Virus record (IMG/VR): IMGVR_UViG_3300025289_000001
Source: a virus
Direction: 5' to 3' (one strand)
DNA length: 64,000 bases
Shown here: positions 9,728-19,112 of the stretch, in pieces
How the letters are laid out: each line of letters starts with the position of its first letter
Position numbering within the stretch: the first letter of the stretch is position 1
The notes under the pieces: model-generated
Seen by the model: only the letters and a program-made list of their open reading frames with translations
The model's database searches: none
What the model was told of the DNA's origin: nothing
Position numbers and translations under genes: made by a program

Positions 9728-10294
9728 ATGTTTAAAGCGATGGGTATATATTTTTCACCAATGTTGCAATTAGCAGCTAAAACAGTCACGTATAAAAATG
9801 GATTACAATTATCTTTATTAATCAGTATTATGATAGAAGCTATAGCATCGTTTTTAAATACTAGTTTCTTAGGCGTATCAACAAGTTTTTTAGTATTAAT
9901 ATCATGTATGTTTATTATTGATTTTATTACTGGAACATTAGCATCTAATTATGAATATAAAAAAGCTTTAAAAGATAATAATATAGATTTAGCTAAAGAT
10001 AAAAAAATAACTAGTGCTAAAATAACATTTACTTTTTTTAAATTTCTTATGTTATTTCTCTGGATTTGGTTAGCTTCTAATATACAAGACAAAATAAAAG
10101 ATATAAACTATTTAAGTGGATTCTATGAAGTGATTGTAATTGTACCGTTAGTATTAGTTACACTAAGAGAGTATATAAGTGTTGGTGAAAATTTTGAAAG
10201 AAGATTTGGAACTAAACCATATATTTTTATATTAGTAGAAAAAATATTTGAAGCACTACAATTTAAGTTTATAAATAAGATAGAAAATGAATAA
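9728..10294 (+). CDS. holin (Phage_holin_4_1-like multi-TM protein)
   Basis: 188 aa with several hydrophobic helices. It has the IIDFITGTLAS motif typical of holin family 4_1 and overlaps the endolysin start by 8 nt. Confidence 0.6.
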   Translation: MFKAMGIYFSPMLQLAAKTVTYKNGLQLSLLISIMIEAIASFLNTSFLGVSTSFLVLISCMFIIDFITGTLASNYEYKKALKDNNIDLAKDKKITSAKITFTFFKFLMLFLWIWLASNIQDKIKDINYLSGFYEVIVIVPLVLVTLREYISVGENFERRFGTKPYIFILVEKIFEALQFKFINKIENE

Positions 10295-10748
10295 TATAAG
10301 CAAACATATTACTTATAATGAAGCTACTCATTCTGATACTGCAATTAGAAAAGGGATTAAGAATATTCCTTCTAATGAAGAATTGGAGAATATGAAATTA
10401 TTAGCTGAAAAGATATTTGAACCTGTACGCAGTATTATTAATAAATTTATAATTGTAAATTCTTTTTATCGTTCTGTAGCTTTAAATAAGGCAGTAGGTG
10501 GAAGTGCTACATCAGAACATTGTAAAGGTATGGCAATAGATATGTCTTGCAATGGGTTAAATAAAAAAATATTTGATATTATTAGAGGTAAATTAAAATT
10601 TACTCAACTTATAGCAGAATATGAAGAAAATGGTGAACCTAAATGGGTACATGTAAGTTATGATCCTGATAATTTAAAATGTCAAGTATTACGAACAAAG
10701 GTTATTAAAGGTAAAACTTTTTATGAACCTTATATACAAACTTTATAA
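10287..10748 (+). CDS. endolysin, peptidase M15 (zinc D-Ala-D-Ala carboxypeptidase / L-Ala-D-Glu peptidase type)
   Basis: 153 aa. SFYRSVALNKAVGGSATSEHCKGMAIDM ... WVHVS matches the Peptidase_M15_3 H/D/H zinc-site pattern. Confidence 0.8.
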   Translation: MNNISKHITYNEATHSDTAIRKGIKNIPSNEELENMKLLAEKIFEPVRSIINKFIIVNSFYRSVALNKAVGGSATSEHCKGMAIDMSCNGLNKKIFDIIRGKLKFTQLIAEYEENGEPKWVHVSYDPDNLKCQVLRTKVIKGKTFYEPYIQTL

Positions 10749-10749
10749 T

Positions 10750-11370
10750 ATGAATTTTATCCTAAGTTTATTACAAAATATTAAATGGACACCACTAAAG
10801 ATATCAATAGTACTTAATATAGTACTATTGATATTTGTAATATTTCTATTTAAATCACCAAAACCTATTAAACCAGAAGTAATTATTGAAACACATACCA
10901 TTACTATTCCTGGTAAAGATGGTAGGATTGATACTATATATCAACCTAAACCTTATAAAGTAGTTAACCCAATTAATTCAGAATTACTTAAACAATATAC
11001 TGCATTAAAAGATTCAGTTAAAAAATTAGAAATGTATTCTGATGCTATTGCTGAAAGAGAATATAATGAGTTCTATGAGGACTCTAATGTAAAGATAGAT
11101 ATATATACTAAAATACAAGGAAAGTTGCTTAAACAAGCTCCTAAGTACTTTATTAAGCCTATTACAGTTTCTTTTACAGATACAACTACAATAAATTATA
11201 ATAAACCTCCTACAAATAAATTATTAGGGGGTATAGAATTAGGTTTACCTCAATTTGGTAATCCAAGTATAAAAGGTTCTATATATTTACAGAATAAAAA
11301 AGATAATATTATATCATTGGGATATGATACTAATAAAACTATTTGGATAGGATATATAATAAAATTATAA
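10750..11370 (+). CDS. membrane-anchored coiled-coil protein, spanin-like (tentative)
   Basis: I prefer the ATG at 10750, 1 nt after the endolysin stop, over the listed 10723 start. The protein has an N-terminal TM helix (ISIVLNIVLLIFVIFLF) followed by a helical region, and it is the last gene of the lysis cassette. Confidence 0.45.
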   Translation: MNFILSLLQNIKWTPLKISIVLNIVLLIFVIFLFKSPKPIKPEVIIETHTITIPGKDGRIDTIYQPKPYKVVNPINSELLKQYTALKDSVKKLEMYSDAIAEREYNEFYEDSNVKIDIYTKIQGKLLKQAPKYFIKPITVSFTDTTTINYNKPPTNKLLGGIELGLPQFGNPSIKGSIYLQNKKDNIISLGYDTNKTIWIGYIIKL

Positions 11371-11410
11371 AATAAATACAAGAACATTAGGAAATGTCAA
11401 TTTTATTTCG

Positions 11411-11418
11411 TAACTTTG
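11411..11418 (+). promoter_or_regulatory. Bacteroidota-type -7 promoter element TAACTTTG
   Basis: Matches TAnnTTTG and lies 22 nt upstream of the ATG at 11441, inside a 70-nt intergenic gap. No clear -33 TTTG. Confidence 0.4.
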
Positions 11419-11440
11419 TATTATATATAAAATATAACAT

Positions 11441-12373
11441 ATGGAATTAGAAGAAATTAAAGATTTTTTAAGAAAGAAGCAGGGCTACAGAAAGGAAGGT
11501 GGTAAACGTCTCAGAAATATTTTAAGTAAGAAAGGATTTCAAACTACAATAGCATTATGTAAACAAGCTATTAGAGAAGTTAATATTGAATTAAAAGATA
11601 ATACACCTGAAGCAATTAGAGAACAAAGAATCTTAATATATGATATTGAAACAAGTTTTAATATTGGTTGGTTTTGGAGAACAGGATTTAAAGTAAATAT
11701 ATCACCAGAACAAATTATAGAAGAAAGAGCAATCATTTGTGTTAGTTATAAATGGTTAGGTGAAGATCAAGTATACAATCTCACATGGGATAAAAATCAT
11801 AATGATAAATTCTTATTAGAACAATTTATTGAAGTAATGAATGAAGCTGATATGATTGTTGCCCACAATGGTCAAGAATTTGATCTTAAATGGATTAAAA
11901 CAAGAGCATTTATACATGGATTAAAAATGCTAATTGATTATCCACAGTTTGATACTTTAAAAGTAGCAAGAAAGAAATTTAATTTCCAATCAAATAAATT
12001 AGATTATATATCTAAATTATTAGGTGAAGATGGAAAAATTCCAACTAATATAGATTTATGGAAAAGAATTATCTTACATAATGATGAAGAAGCATTAAAA
12101 GAGATGATTACTTATTGTGATGAAGATGTAAGACAGTTAGAACATGTATTTAAAGTAATACAAGGTTGGGAACATCCTAAATTCCATTTAGGAGTATTAC
12201 AAGGTAAAACAAAACAAACTTCTCCTATTTCAGGTGGTGTTAATTTAGCTTTAGTTAAAACAGTTACTACTAACAGAGGAACAAGTAAAATGATAATGAA
12301 AGATTTAGACACAGACAGATTATTTGAAATGTCTTTAACAAATTATAATAAATGGTTGCTAACAAATAAATAA
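11441..12373 (+). CDS. DnaQ-like 3'-5' exonuclease (PolB-exonuclease-related, DNA_pol_B_exo2-like)
   Basis: 310 aa. ExoI is ILIYDIETS, ExoII is IVAHNGQEFDLKW, ExoIII is YCDEDVRQLEHVF. About 65 aa of N-terminal and about 75 aa of C-terminal extension are unassigned. Confidence 0.7.
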   Translation: MELEEIKDFLRKKQGYRKEGGKRLRNILSKKGFQTTIALCKQAIREVNIELKDNTPEAIREQRILIYDIETSFNIGWFWRTGFKVNISPEQIIEERAIICVSYKWLGEDQVYNLTWDKNHNDKFLLEQFIEVMNEADMIVAHNGQEFDLKWIKTRAFIHGLKMLIDYPQFDTLKVARKKFNFQSNKLDYISKLLGEDGKIPTNIDLWKRIILHNDEEALKEMITYCDEDVRQLEHVFKVIQGWEHPKFHLGVLQGKTKQTSPISGGVNLALVKTVTTNRGTSKMIMKDLDTDRLFEMSLTNYNKWLLTNK

Positions 12374-12378
12374 TACAC

Positions 12379-12426
12379 AAAACCCTTTCTACATCTTAAA
12401 AAGTTGTGGGGAGGGTTTTAATTTTT
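12379..12426 (+). terminator. rho-independent terminator after the exonuclease gene
   Basis: AAAACCCTTTCTACA (12379-12393) pairs with TGTGGGGAGGGTTTT (12405-12419), counting G-U pairs. It is followed by TTTTAATTTTT. Confidence 0.7.
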
Positions 12427-12432
12427 ATAATT

Positions 12433-13122
12433 ATGGCGAAAATAAATGAAATTACTAATGATATTAGAGAGGCTATTAAAGCTTATTCTGATGATAATGA
12501 ATTAGATGATAGATATATCATCTATTTATATAATATAAAACGTGCTAAATATCTTAGACAAGATTTAAATAACTATCAAAAAACAGTAGATAATTCTATT
12601 ACACAAACTTTATGTTTAAGTATGGAAGAAGTATCTATTAATGAATGTAGTGTAGATTATTCTTGTGGTAGTTTATTACGTAGTACTCAACCTATCCCTA
12701 TACCAATAGAATTACATAGTAAAGTAGCTATAACTAAAGTAAAACCTATTACTAAGTTGGCTATACCATTTAATTTTATTACTAAGGATAAAGCTGCTTA
12801 TATAGAAAATGCTCCATTCAATAAAGCTATATATGCTTTTTTAGATGTAGATAATTATATATATGCATATAGTAAAGCTGATGATTATAAACTATTAGAA
12901 TGTATTACTATTACTGGAATATTTGAAGATCCATTAAGTTTACAGAATTATAATAATTGCTGTGATTGTGGTGATACACCAGTTGCATGTTTTGATGTAG
13001 ATGAATCTGCATATCCATTACAACCTCATTATATTGATTTAATAAGAGAGGAAATTATACGTGATATTTTAAGAACTAAACAAATACCTGAAGATAAGAT
13101 TAATGATGCAGAGAGTTCATAA
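12433..13122 (+). CDS. hypothetical virion-module protein
   Basis: The listed start at 12406 is a GTG inside the terminator hairpin. The ATG at 12433 (MAKINEITN...) is the likely start. 229 aa, no recognisable motif. Confidence 0.6.
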   Translation: MAKINEITNDIREAIKAYSDDNELDDRYIIYLYNIKRAKYLRQDLNNYQKTVDNSITQTLCLSMEEVSINECSVDYSCGSLLRSTQPIPIPIELHSKVAITKVKPITKLAIPFNFITKDKAAYIENAPFNKAIYAFLDVDNYIYAYSKADDYKLLECITITGIFEDPLSLQNYNNCCDCGDTPVACFDVDESAYPLQPHYIDLIREEIIRDILRTKQIPEDKINDAESS

Positions 13123-13609
13123 AGCCAAAAGAGACTACGGGATTGCTGACTATTATAAATTCTATACAAAAAATAATAAAATATCTAAAGATATATATAG
13201 TAAGATTATTACAGAATACAATAATGAAATAATTAATCTTATTATTGAAGATAATATGATATATCAAATACCTTATCTTGGATTTGAGATTGTCATTAAA
13301 AAAGATAAAAGAAAACCCAAAATTGTTAATGGTAAATTAATTAGTAATATACCAATAGATTTTAAAGCTACAAAAGATTTATGGGCTTCTAATCCTGAAT
13401 GTAAAGAAAAAAAATTATTAGTAAGGCATAGTAATTCACATAGTTCTGGATATGTATTCAGAATTTATTGTAAAAAGTTTAAGTCACAACTTAAAAATAG
13501 AAGTTTACTTAAATTCAAACCAAATAGAAAATTTCAACGACAACTAAGTGCAAGAATAAAAGATGAGAATAAAGACAACTTTGATGCTTTCTTGCTATAT
13601 CAAAAATAA
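13103..13609 (+). CDS. basic HU/IHF-like DNA-binding protein (tentative)
   Basis: 168 aa, Lys/Arg-rich. IITEYNNEIINLIIEDNMIYQIPYLGFEIVIKKDKRKPK follows the helix - L..G..V.lpglG.F.v - basic-arm pattern of HU/IHF. An IHF-like gene in the structural block is a crAss-like hallmark. Confidence 0.45.
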   Translation: MMQRVHKAKRDYGIADYYKFYTKNNKISKDIYSKIITEYNNEIINLIIEDNMIYQIPYLGFEIVIKKDKRKPKIVNGKLISNIPIDFKATKDLWASNPECKEKKLLVRHSNSHSSGYVFRIYCKKFKSQLKNRSLLKFKPNRKFQRQLSARIKDENKDNFDAFLLYQK

Positions 13610-13614
13610 TAACT

Positions 13615-14346
13615 ATGTATAACGGTACCACAATTTCTCTTAAAACAATACTTTGGAAAGTATTAAGACATCCTTTAGCAACTGATTTAACTTATGAAGA
13701 AGCTGCAGAACATGTAATTGAAGCTATTAGATTAATAGGTGCACCATTATCTTTTGAGGATAAAGTGTCATTACCTATTAAAGTAGAAAATTATAAATCT
13801 GCTATTCCATTAAATTCTATTAAAATTAGAGGGATTAGAATTATTAATAATTTAGAAAATTATGATGATGGTGCTATTGCATTAAGATATGCAACAGATA
13901 TATATCATAATGGAGCTAACTGTGAACCTAATAGTGATAATACAGTACCTTATGAATATACATATACTATTCAGAATGGTGTCATATTTACATCAATTCC
14001 TAATGGTTATATTCAAGTAAGTTATCAAGCTCTACCAGTAGATGAAGAAGGTTATCCTTTAATACCTAATGAACAAAAAACTTTATTAGCTATTGAATAT
14101 TATGTATTACATAGATTTATGGAACCTCTTTGGTTAATAGGTAAAATTACAGATAAAGCTTTTCAATATGTAGAACAGAAAAGACATTTCTATATGGGTG
14201 GTGCTGATACTTCTTTAAAATTACAAGGTACAGATCATTTACAAAGTATAATGAATACTATTAATAGACTCATTATTAATGACCAAGCACATAATAGTTT
14301 CTATAAAGGTACTGGTGGTCAAGAAAGAATTAAAAGATATAACTAA
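13615..14346 (+). CDS. hypothetical virion protein
   Basis: 243-aa ORF, tightly packed; its TAA stop at 14344-14346 overlaps the next gene's ATG at 14346-14348 by 1 nt. No motif recognised. Confidence 0.6.
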   Translation: MYNGTTISLKTILWKVLRHPLATDLTYEEAAEHVIEAIRLIGAPLSFEDKVSLPIKVENYKSAIPLNSIKIRGIRIINNLENYDDGAIALRYATDIYHNGANCEPNSDNTVPYEYTYTIQNGVIFTSIPNGYIQVSYQALPVDEEGYPLIPNEQKTLLAIEYYVLHRFMEPLWLIGKITDKAFQYVEQKRHFYMGGADTSLKLQGTDHLQSIMNTINRLIINDQAHNSFYKGTGGQERIKRYN

Positions 14347-15128
14347 TGGGAAATAAGTTAAGTAAATATACATTTGGTGGTATTAATCAAGATATTTCTA
14401 AAAGTAAACATCAACCTCAATTTTATTTTGAAGGACAACATATACGTATAGTTTCTACTGATTCACAATCAACAGGTAGTGTTACTAATGAAAAAGGTAA
14501 TGATTTAGTTATAGTATTACCACGAATAGAAATAGTAAGTAAAATTAATCCACCAATTCAAGCGATTGCAAATTCATATACTTTAGTAGTGAATTCAACT
14601 TTAATAATGCCAATTTTAAATAATGATGTATTTGTATATCCTGTTACTATTACAATATTACAACAACCTACAAAAGGGAGTTTAACTATTAATATTGATA
14701 AAACAGTTACTTATATTAATACAGATGGAATTGTTGGAACAGACACTTTTATATATCAAATAGATGATGGATATACTACATCAAGTGCTACAGTTACATT
14801 ATCAGTGCAAGCTACAGTAGTTCAACCTGAATTACCACCTGATGAAGTTCCAGTTGTAGATTCTAATTTTGATGGTACTTATTATTATTATATGTTTGCT
14901 CCATGTAATATTAATTTAGCATTTAGAAGAGTAAAAAGTAATGTTAAAATTACAGATAATAGAGTATATAGTTTATTAGGTTCAGGTAATATTGGTGCAG
15001 AAGGAAAGGTTGCATATCCTACAACAGATATGAGTGCAACTTCTTCAACAATTGGTGCAGTATATGGGACTACTTGTCCTCCTATAGATGATAATCCATA
15101 TGTTCCAGGAAGTGGACACCCTCAATAA
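14346..15128 (+). CDS. virion protein with bacterial cadherin/Ig-like domain
   Basis: 260 aa. NNDV...QQPTKGSLTINIDKTVTYINTDGIVGTDTFIYQIDDGYTTSSATVTLSV fits the N-D...P-x-G-(S/T)...Y-x-P/N...G-x-D-x-F-x-Y pattern of Ig-like adhesin domains. Confidence 0.6.
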   Translation: MGNKLSKYTFGGINQDISKSKHQPQFYFEGQHIRIVSTDSQSTGSVTNEKGNDLVIVLPRIEIVSKINPPIQAIANSYTLVVNSTLIMPILNNDVFVYPVTITILQQPTKGSLTINIDKTVTYINTDGIVGTDTFIYQIDDGYTTSSATVTLSVQATVVQPELPPDEVPVVDSNFDGTYYYYMFAPCNINLAFRRVKSNVKITDNRVYSLLGSGNIGAEGKVAYPTTDMSATSSTIGAVYGTTCPPIDDNPYVPGSGHPQ

Positions 15129-15141
15129 AATTATTTAAAGT

Positions 15142-18100
15142 ATGAGTACTACAGCATTAGCAGGTAAAATAACATATGGTAATCAAGAATTATCATTCAT
15201 AACAGATCAAGAAATAGACCAACAAATAAATGATGGTCTATTACCTAATATATCTAATTCACAACAGATTATAGGTCATACTACTACTAGAGATAGTATT
15301 ATATTATTCTCTACAGATAATTTAGGGATGGACTGTATTTGGAAATTAGATAATGTTTTATTATCAGAGTATCAACTAAAATTACTTTATGTCAGAAATT
15401 TAGGTTTTTCTACAAGTAATCCTATTCAAGCTATATTCAATTATGAAAATGAAAATATTCAAAAAGTATATTGGGTAGATGGTAAACATCAAATTAGATC
15501 TATTAATATTAATCATGGACAAATTGAAGGTAATGAAGCATTAATTGATTTACCTTCTAATAGTATAAATTTAGTTGGTAATATTGATTTTTCACAACCT
15601 ACTATTACCAGTATCTTATCTGGAGGAACACATACTGCAGGTATGATCCAATATGGATATAATTTATATAGATTAAATGCTTCACAAACAAAATTAAGTC
15701 CATTATCTGAATTAATACCATTAGGTAAAGGTTTAAATTTAGGTGGTGGTGAACTTAATGAAGAAGTAGGAGCAACTCCAGTAGTAGAAATTAATAATTT
15801 AGATAAAGCATATACTCATATTAAAGTATATGCTATTAAATATACATCTTATAATGAGATACCTAGTATTCATCTAATAGATGAAAGAGAATTAGGTGGA
15901 CAATCTAGTGTAACTATATATGATGATGGCTCTACAATAGCTTCTTTATCATTAGAAGAATTGTTATTTTTAGGATCTGATCCAATTGTACCTAAACATA
16001 TTGAAACTAAAGATAGTAGATTATTTCCAAGTAATATAGAATCAAGAGAATTTATTTTACCAGAAGAATTAGATTGTAGAACATATAGTTTTCCTATTTC
16101 TTCTACTACTACACAAGTATTTGATAGTATAACAAATGCTACAGTTATTAATCCAGTTGGTGGAACTATTATTAATAATAACTATGTGCTACCTCTTCAA
16201 CATGATGCAATTAATTTAAAATATGATATTAATAAATATCAATATAATTCAACAGTATTAGGAGCTGAAGGAAAATTTATTAAATTTAAAATTAATCAAA
16301 AAAGTTTAAATAAACCAGAAGATTATAGAGTTCTTAAAGATAGAGAAATTTATAGATTTGGTGTAGAATTTTATAATAATTTAGGTCAAACTTCTATTCC
16401 ACAATGGATGTTAGATTATAAGATGCCAACAGGTAATTTACAAAATAATTTTAATACAATTGAAGTTACATTAAAACCTGAATTTTATACTTGGTTAAAT
16501 AATTATAATTTTGAGAAAGAAAGTGATAGACCTGTAGGTTATAGAATATTACGAACAGAAAGAACTGTTGCTGATAAAACTATTACTTGTCAAGGTATAT
16601 TAAGTGGTATGATGGTTAATACTATTAGAGATAGTAGAAATGCAAGTTTATTAACTGTAACAGAAAAAAGAATAGATTCTAAAAATCAACCTAAGTTACC
16701 TAATTTCTTAATTAGAACATTTCAAAAAATTAATCCATTACAAGCAAATTCGAATTTATTGAATATGCAATTTAAAAATGGAGATGCTACACAAATTGGT
16801 GATACAGCTAATCTAAATCCACTTACAGAAATACAATATGATAGTAATGCAGGATGTAATACTCGTAGAAAAGCAGATACATATCAATATACTACAATGT
16901 ATCAAATGTATTCTCCAGAGATTATGTTTAATTCTATTAATGTAAATACAGCTACTCAATTTAATGTAATTGGTGGAGCTGTTAATACTTTTAATTCATG
17001 GTGGGGTCAAGAACGTAGTGTAGTTAATAAAGTACCATTACTAGAAGGACAAGTAACTGGTAAATTAACACCTCATACTTCTGGAGGAACTGATATACCT
17101 ATTAATGATAATATCAAAAGTTTAATACTACGAGGTTTAATATCTGATGCTAATGGTAGTGATGCAGATAAAACAGTATCTTTTAATCAATTTAATAGAG
17201 AATTTACTCAATTTATACCTGCACCAACACCAAAAGTATATTCTATTTATGGTGCTCCTGAATTAACAGAACGTGGACAAGGTAATACTACATATAATAA
17301 TAATGCTCAATATATTTATAAAAATACTTTAGAGGGACTTCTTTCAGATGGTGTACAAGAACGATGTAATGGTGATGGATATGTTGATACTGGAACTAAT
17401 GATAGAGCTATTATTAGTGTAAATTCATATGGTGCTAAATGTGTTACCTTTGTTCCAGATAATGGAAGTAATTCTGATACTATAGAACCTCATAATAGAT
17501 TAACATTAGAACAATTATATAGTGCAAGTGGATTAACTAATCCTAATACTGTATTAGTAGCTGAATTTGTACGTCCTAATACAGATGTTTATTTATCAGG
17601 TATTTATGGTGGTAATAGTTATGAAGATAAAAAGAGAAGTTCTTATTTACAAATAGGAAGTTTTAAAAATATAGACAATAATATTGTTCAAATAGACTCA
17701 GCTGGTGATACTTATGTTCAAGTATTTAAATTTATGCGTATAGGTAAAACTGACGTAGAAACTTATAGTAAAGGTGTTAATCAACATACTGAATTAGTTT
17801 CTGTTTTATTAGAAACTTCTATAGATTTAAAAAATAGAAATGATATTTCATTATCTACATGGAATTCAAGATTCCAACCTAATAATGAAGAATATCATAA
17901 ATATAATAAAGTATATAGTCAACAACCTAGTTTAGTTAAAGCAATTGGTGTAGATTTTAATTTTAAAAGAATTAAAAATTTTGATAGTAGAATTACTGCT
18001 AGTAAATTAAAAATCCCAAATGAATCAGTAGATAGTTGGACAGATATTCTTCCTAATGAAGTAATGGATTTAAATGGTAAATATGGTCCAATTAATAGTA

Positions 18101-19029
18101 TTGTTTCATTTAATGATACTATATATGCGTTTCAAGATGAAGCTATAGCATCTATATCAATTAATCCTAGAGTACAAGTACAAGGAAGTGATGGTATAGG
18201 TTTAGAATTAGGTACAGGTGGTATATTATATGATTATAATTATATTACTACTAAATCTGGTTCTATTAATAAATGGGGAGTTATTCCAACTAAACGAGGA
18301 TTATATTATTATGATGCTTTAAATAAAAATATTAGTAGAATCCCTGATAATGTTGCAGTATCATTAACTGATACAAAAGGTTTACATACATATTTTAATA
18401 ATAATTATAAATATGATTTATTAAAAATAGATAATCCTATATTAAGAACAGGTGTTATATGTGGTTATGATAATCTTAATAGTGATGTATATTTCACATT
18501 ACTTCAAGGGGATAAATCATTCACTAGATGTTTTAATGAAAATATAGATCAATTTGTTGATTTAAAAACATATAAACCATCTATGTATCTTAACAAAGGT
18601 GATAAGTTTTTATCATTAGCTTATACTAATAACTCTCTTTATGAGCATGGTAAAGGTCTATATAATAGATTCTATGGAAGTTATCAACCTAGTTATATAA
18701 CATTATTAGTAAATCCAGAAAGTGATTCTTCAGTAGTTTATGATTCTATATTCTATAACTCAGAATTATATTTAAATGATATAGATCAACCTGATAAAAC
18801 ACTTACACATATTCAAGCTTATAATGAATATCAGAATTCTGGTAGAATTCCATTAATAGTAGGTAGAGATAAAAATCTTAGACGTAAACTTAGAGAATGG
18901 AAAGCTGAAATACCACGAGATAAAAGAAGTAGAATTAGAAATCCTTGGATATATCTAAAATTAGAATTAGATAATACATCAAATTATAAATTAATACTTC
19001 ATGATATTATTATAGCATATAGTGATTAA
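15142..19029 (+). CDS. large virion (tail/hub-type) structural protein
   Basis: 1,295-aa ORF between the adaptor-region genes and the internal-protein genes. No enzymatic motif seen; the specific role is not determinable by eye. Confidence 0.55.
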   Translation: MSTTALAGKITYGNQELSFITDQEIDQQINDGLLPNISNSQQIIGHTTTRDSIILFSTDNLGMDCIWKLDNVLLSEYQLKLLYVRNLGFSTSNPIQAIFNYENENIQKVYWVDGKHQIRSININHGQIEGNEALIDLPSNSINLVGNIDFSQPTITSILSGGTHTAGMIQYGYNLYRLNASQTKLSPLSELIPLGKGLNLGGGELNEEVGATPVVEINNLDKAYTHIKVYAIKYTSYNEIPSIHLIDERELGGQSSVTIYDDGSTIASLSLEELLFLGSDPIVPKHIETKDSRLFPSNIESREFILPEELDCRTYSFPISSTTTQVFDSITNATVINPVGGTIINNNYVLPLQHDAINLKYDINKYQYNSTVLGAEGKFIKFKINQKSLNKPEDYRVLKDREIYRFGVEFYNNLGQTSIPQWMLDYKMPTGNLQNNFNTIEVTLKPEFYTWLNNYNFEKESDRPVGYRILRTERTVADKTITCQGILSGMMVNTIRDSRNASLLTVTEKRIDSKNQPKLPNFLIRTFQKINPLQANSNLLNMQFKNGDATQIGDTANLNPLTEIQYDSNAGCNTRRKADTYQYTTMYQMYSPEIMFNSINVNTATQFNVIGGAVNTFNSWWGQERSVVNKVPLLEGQVTGKLTPHTSGGTDIPINDNIKSLILRGLISDANGSDADKTVSFNQFNREFTQFIPAPTPKVYSIYGAPELTERGQGNTTYNNNAQYIYKNTLEGLLSDGVQERCNGDGYVDTGTNDRAIISVNSYGAKCVTFVPDNGSNSDTIEPHNRLTLEQLYSASGLTNPNTVLVAEFVRPNTDVYLSGIYGGNSYEDKKRSSYLQIGSFKNIDNNIVQIDSAGDTYVQVFKFMRIGKTDVETYSKGVNQHTELVSVLLETSIDLKNRNDISLSTWNSRFQPNNEEYHKYNKVYSQQPSLVKAIGVDFNFKRIKNFDSRITASKLKIPNESVDSWTDILPNEVMDLNGKYGPINSIVSFNDTIYAFQDEAIASISINPRVQVQGSDGIGLELGTGGILYDYNYITTKSGSINKWGVIPTKRGLYYYDALNKNISRIPDNVAVSLTDTKGLHTYFNNNYKYDLLKIDNPILRTGVICGYDNLNSDVYFTLLQGDKSFTRCFNENIDQFVDLKTYKPSMYLNKGDKFLSLAYTNNSLYEHGKGLYNRFYGSYQPSYITLLVNPESDSSVVYDSIFYNSELYLNDIDQPDKTLTHIQAYNEYQNSGRIPLIVGRDKNLRRKLREWKAEIPRDKRSRIRNPWIYLKLELDNTSNYKLILHDIIIAYSD

Positions 19030-19073
19030 TTACGTATAATAATTATTATTGTTATAAATAATATGAAAAAACA

Positions 19074-19105
19074 TTTGGAAATAATACAATTATTTTATAT
19101 ATTTG
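19074..19105 (+). promoter_or_regulatory. Bacteroidota sigma-A type promoter (TTTG - 20 nt - TATATTTG)
   Basis: -33-like TTTG at 19074-19077 and the -7 element TATATTTG at 19098-19105, in the 83-nt gap upstream of the ATG at 19113. The predicted start site lies within a few nt of the ATG. Confidence 0.5.
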
Positions 19106-19112
19106 CAAGAAT

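Noticed and set aside
10723-10749. Longer N-terminal extensions offered by the ORF track (10723, 12406 GTG, 23960, 47349, 59449 TTG, 62355 GTG, 63956 TTG, 24 GTG)
   Set aside because: These starts are either non-ATG codons or ATGs lying inside the upstream gene or a terminator. In each case an ATG immediately after the upstream stop gives canonical packing, and for the GGCT gene it gives the canonical family N-terminus. The ORFs starting at 24 and 63956 are simply truncated by the window edges.
9373-12312. Antisense ORFs 9373-9561(-), 11539-11736(-) and 12112-12312(-)
   Set aside because: They lie opposite the FN3 gene/small TM ORF and the exonuclease gene, which have strong motif support. 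Their translations look like compositional noise.
13103-13122. 20-nt overlap between 12433-13122 and 13103-13609, considered as a programmed frameshift site
   Set aside because: There is no slippery heptamer or downstream structure. The downstream ORF has its own ATG-ATG start, and similar short overlaps are common throughout this genome.
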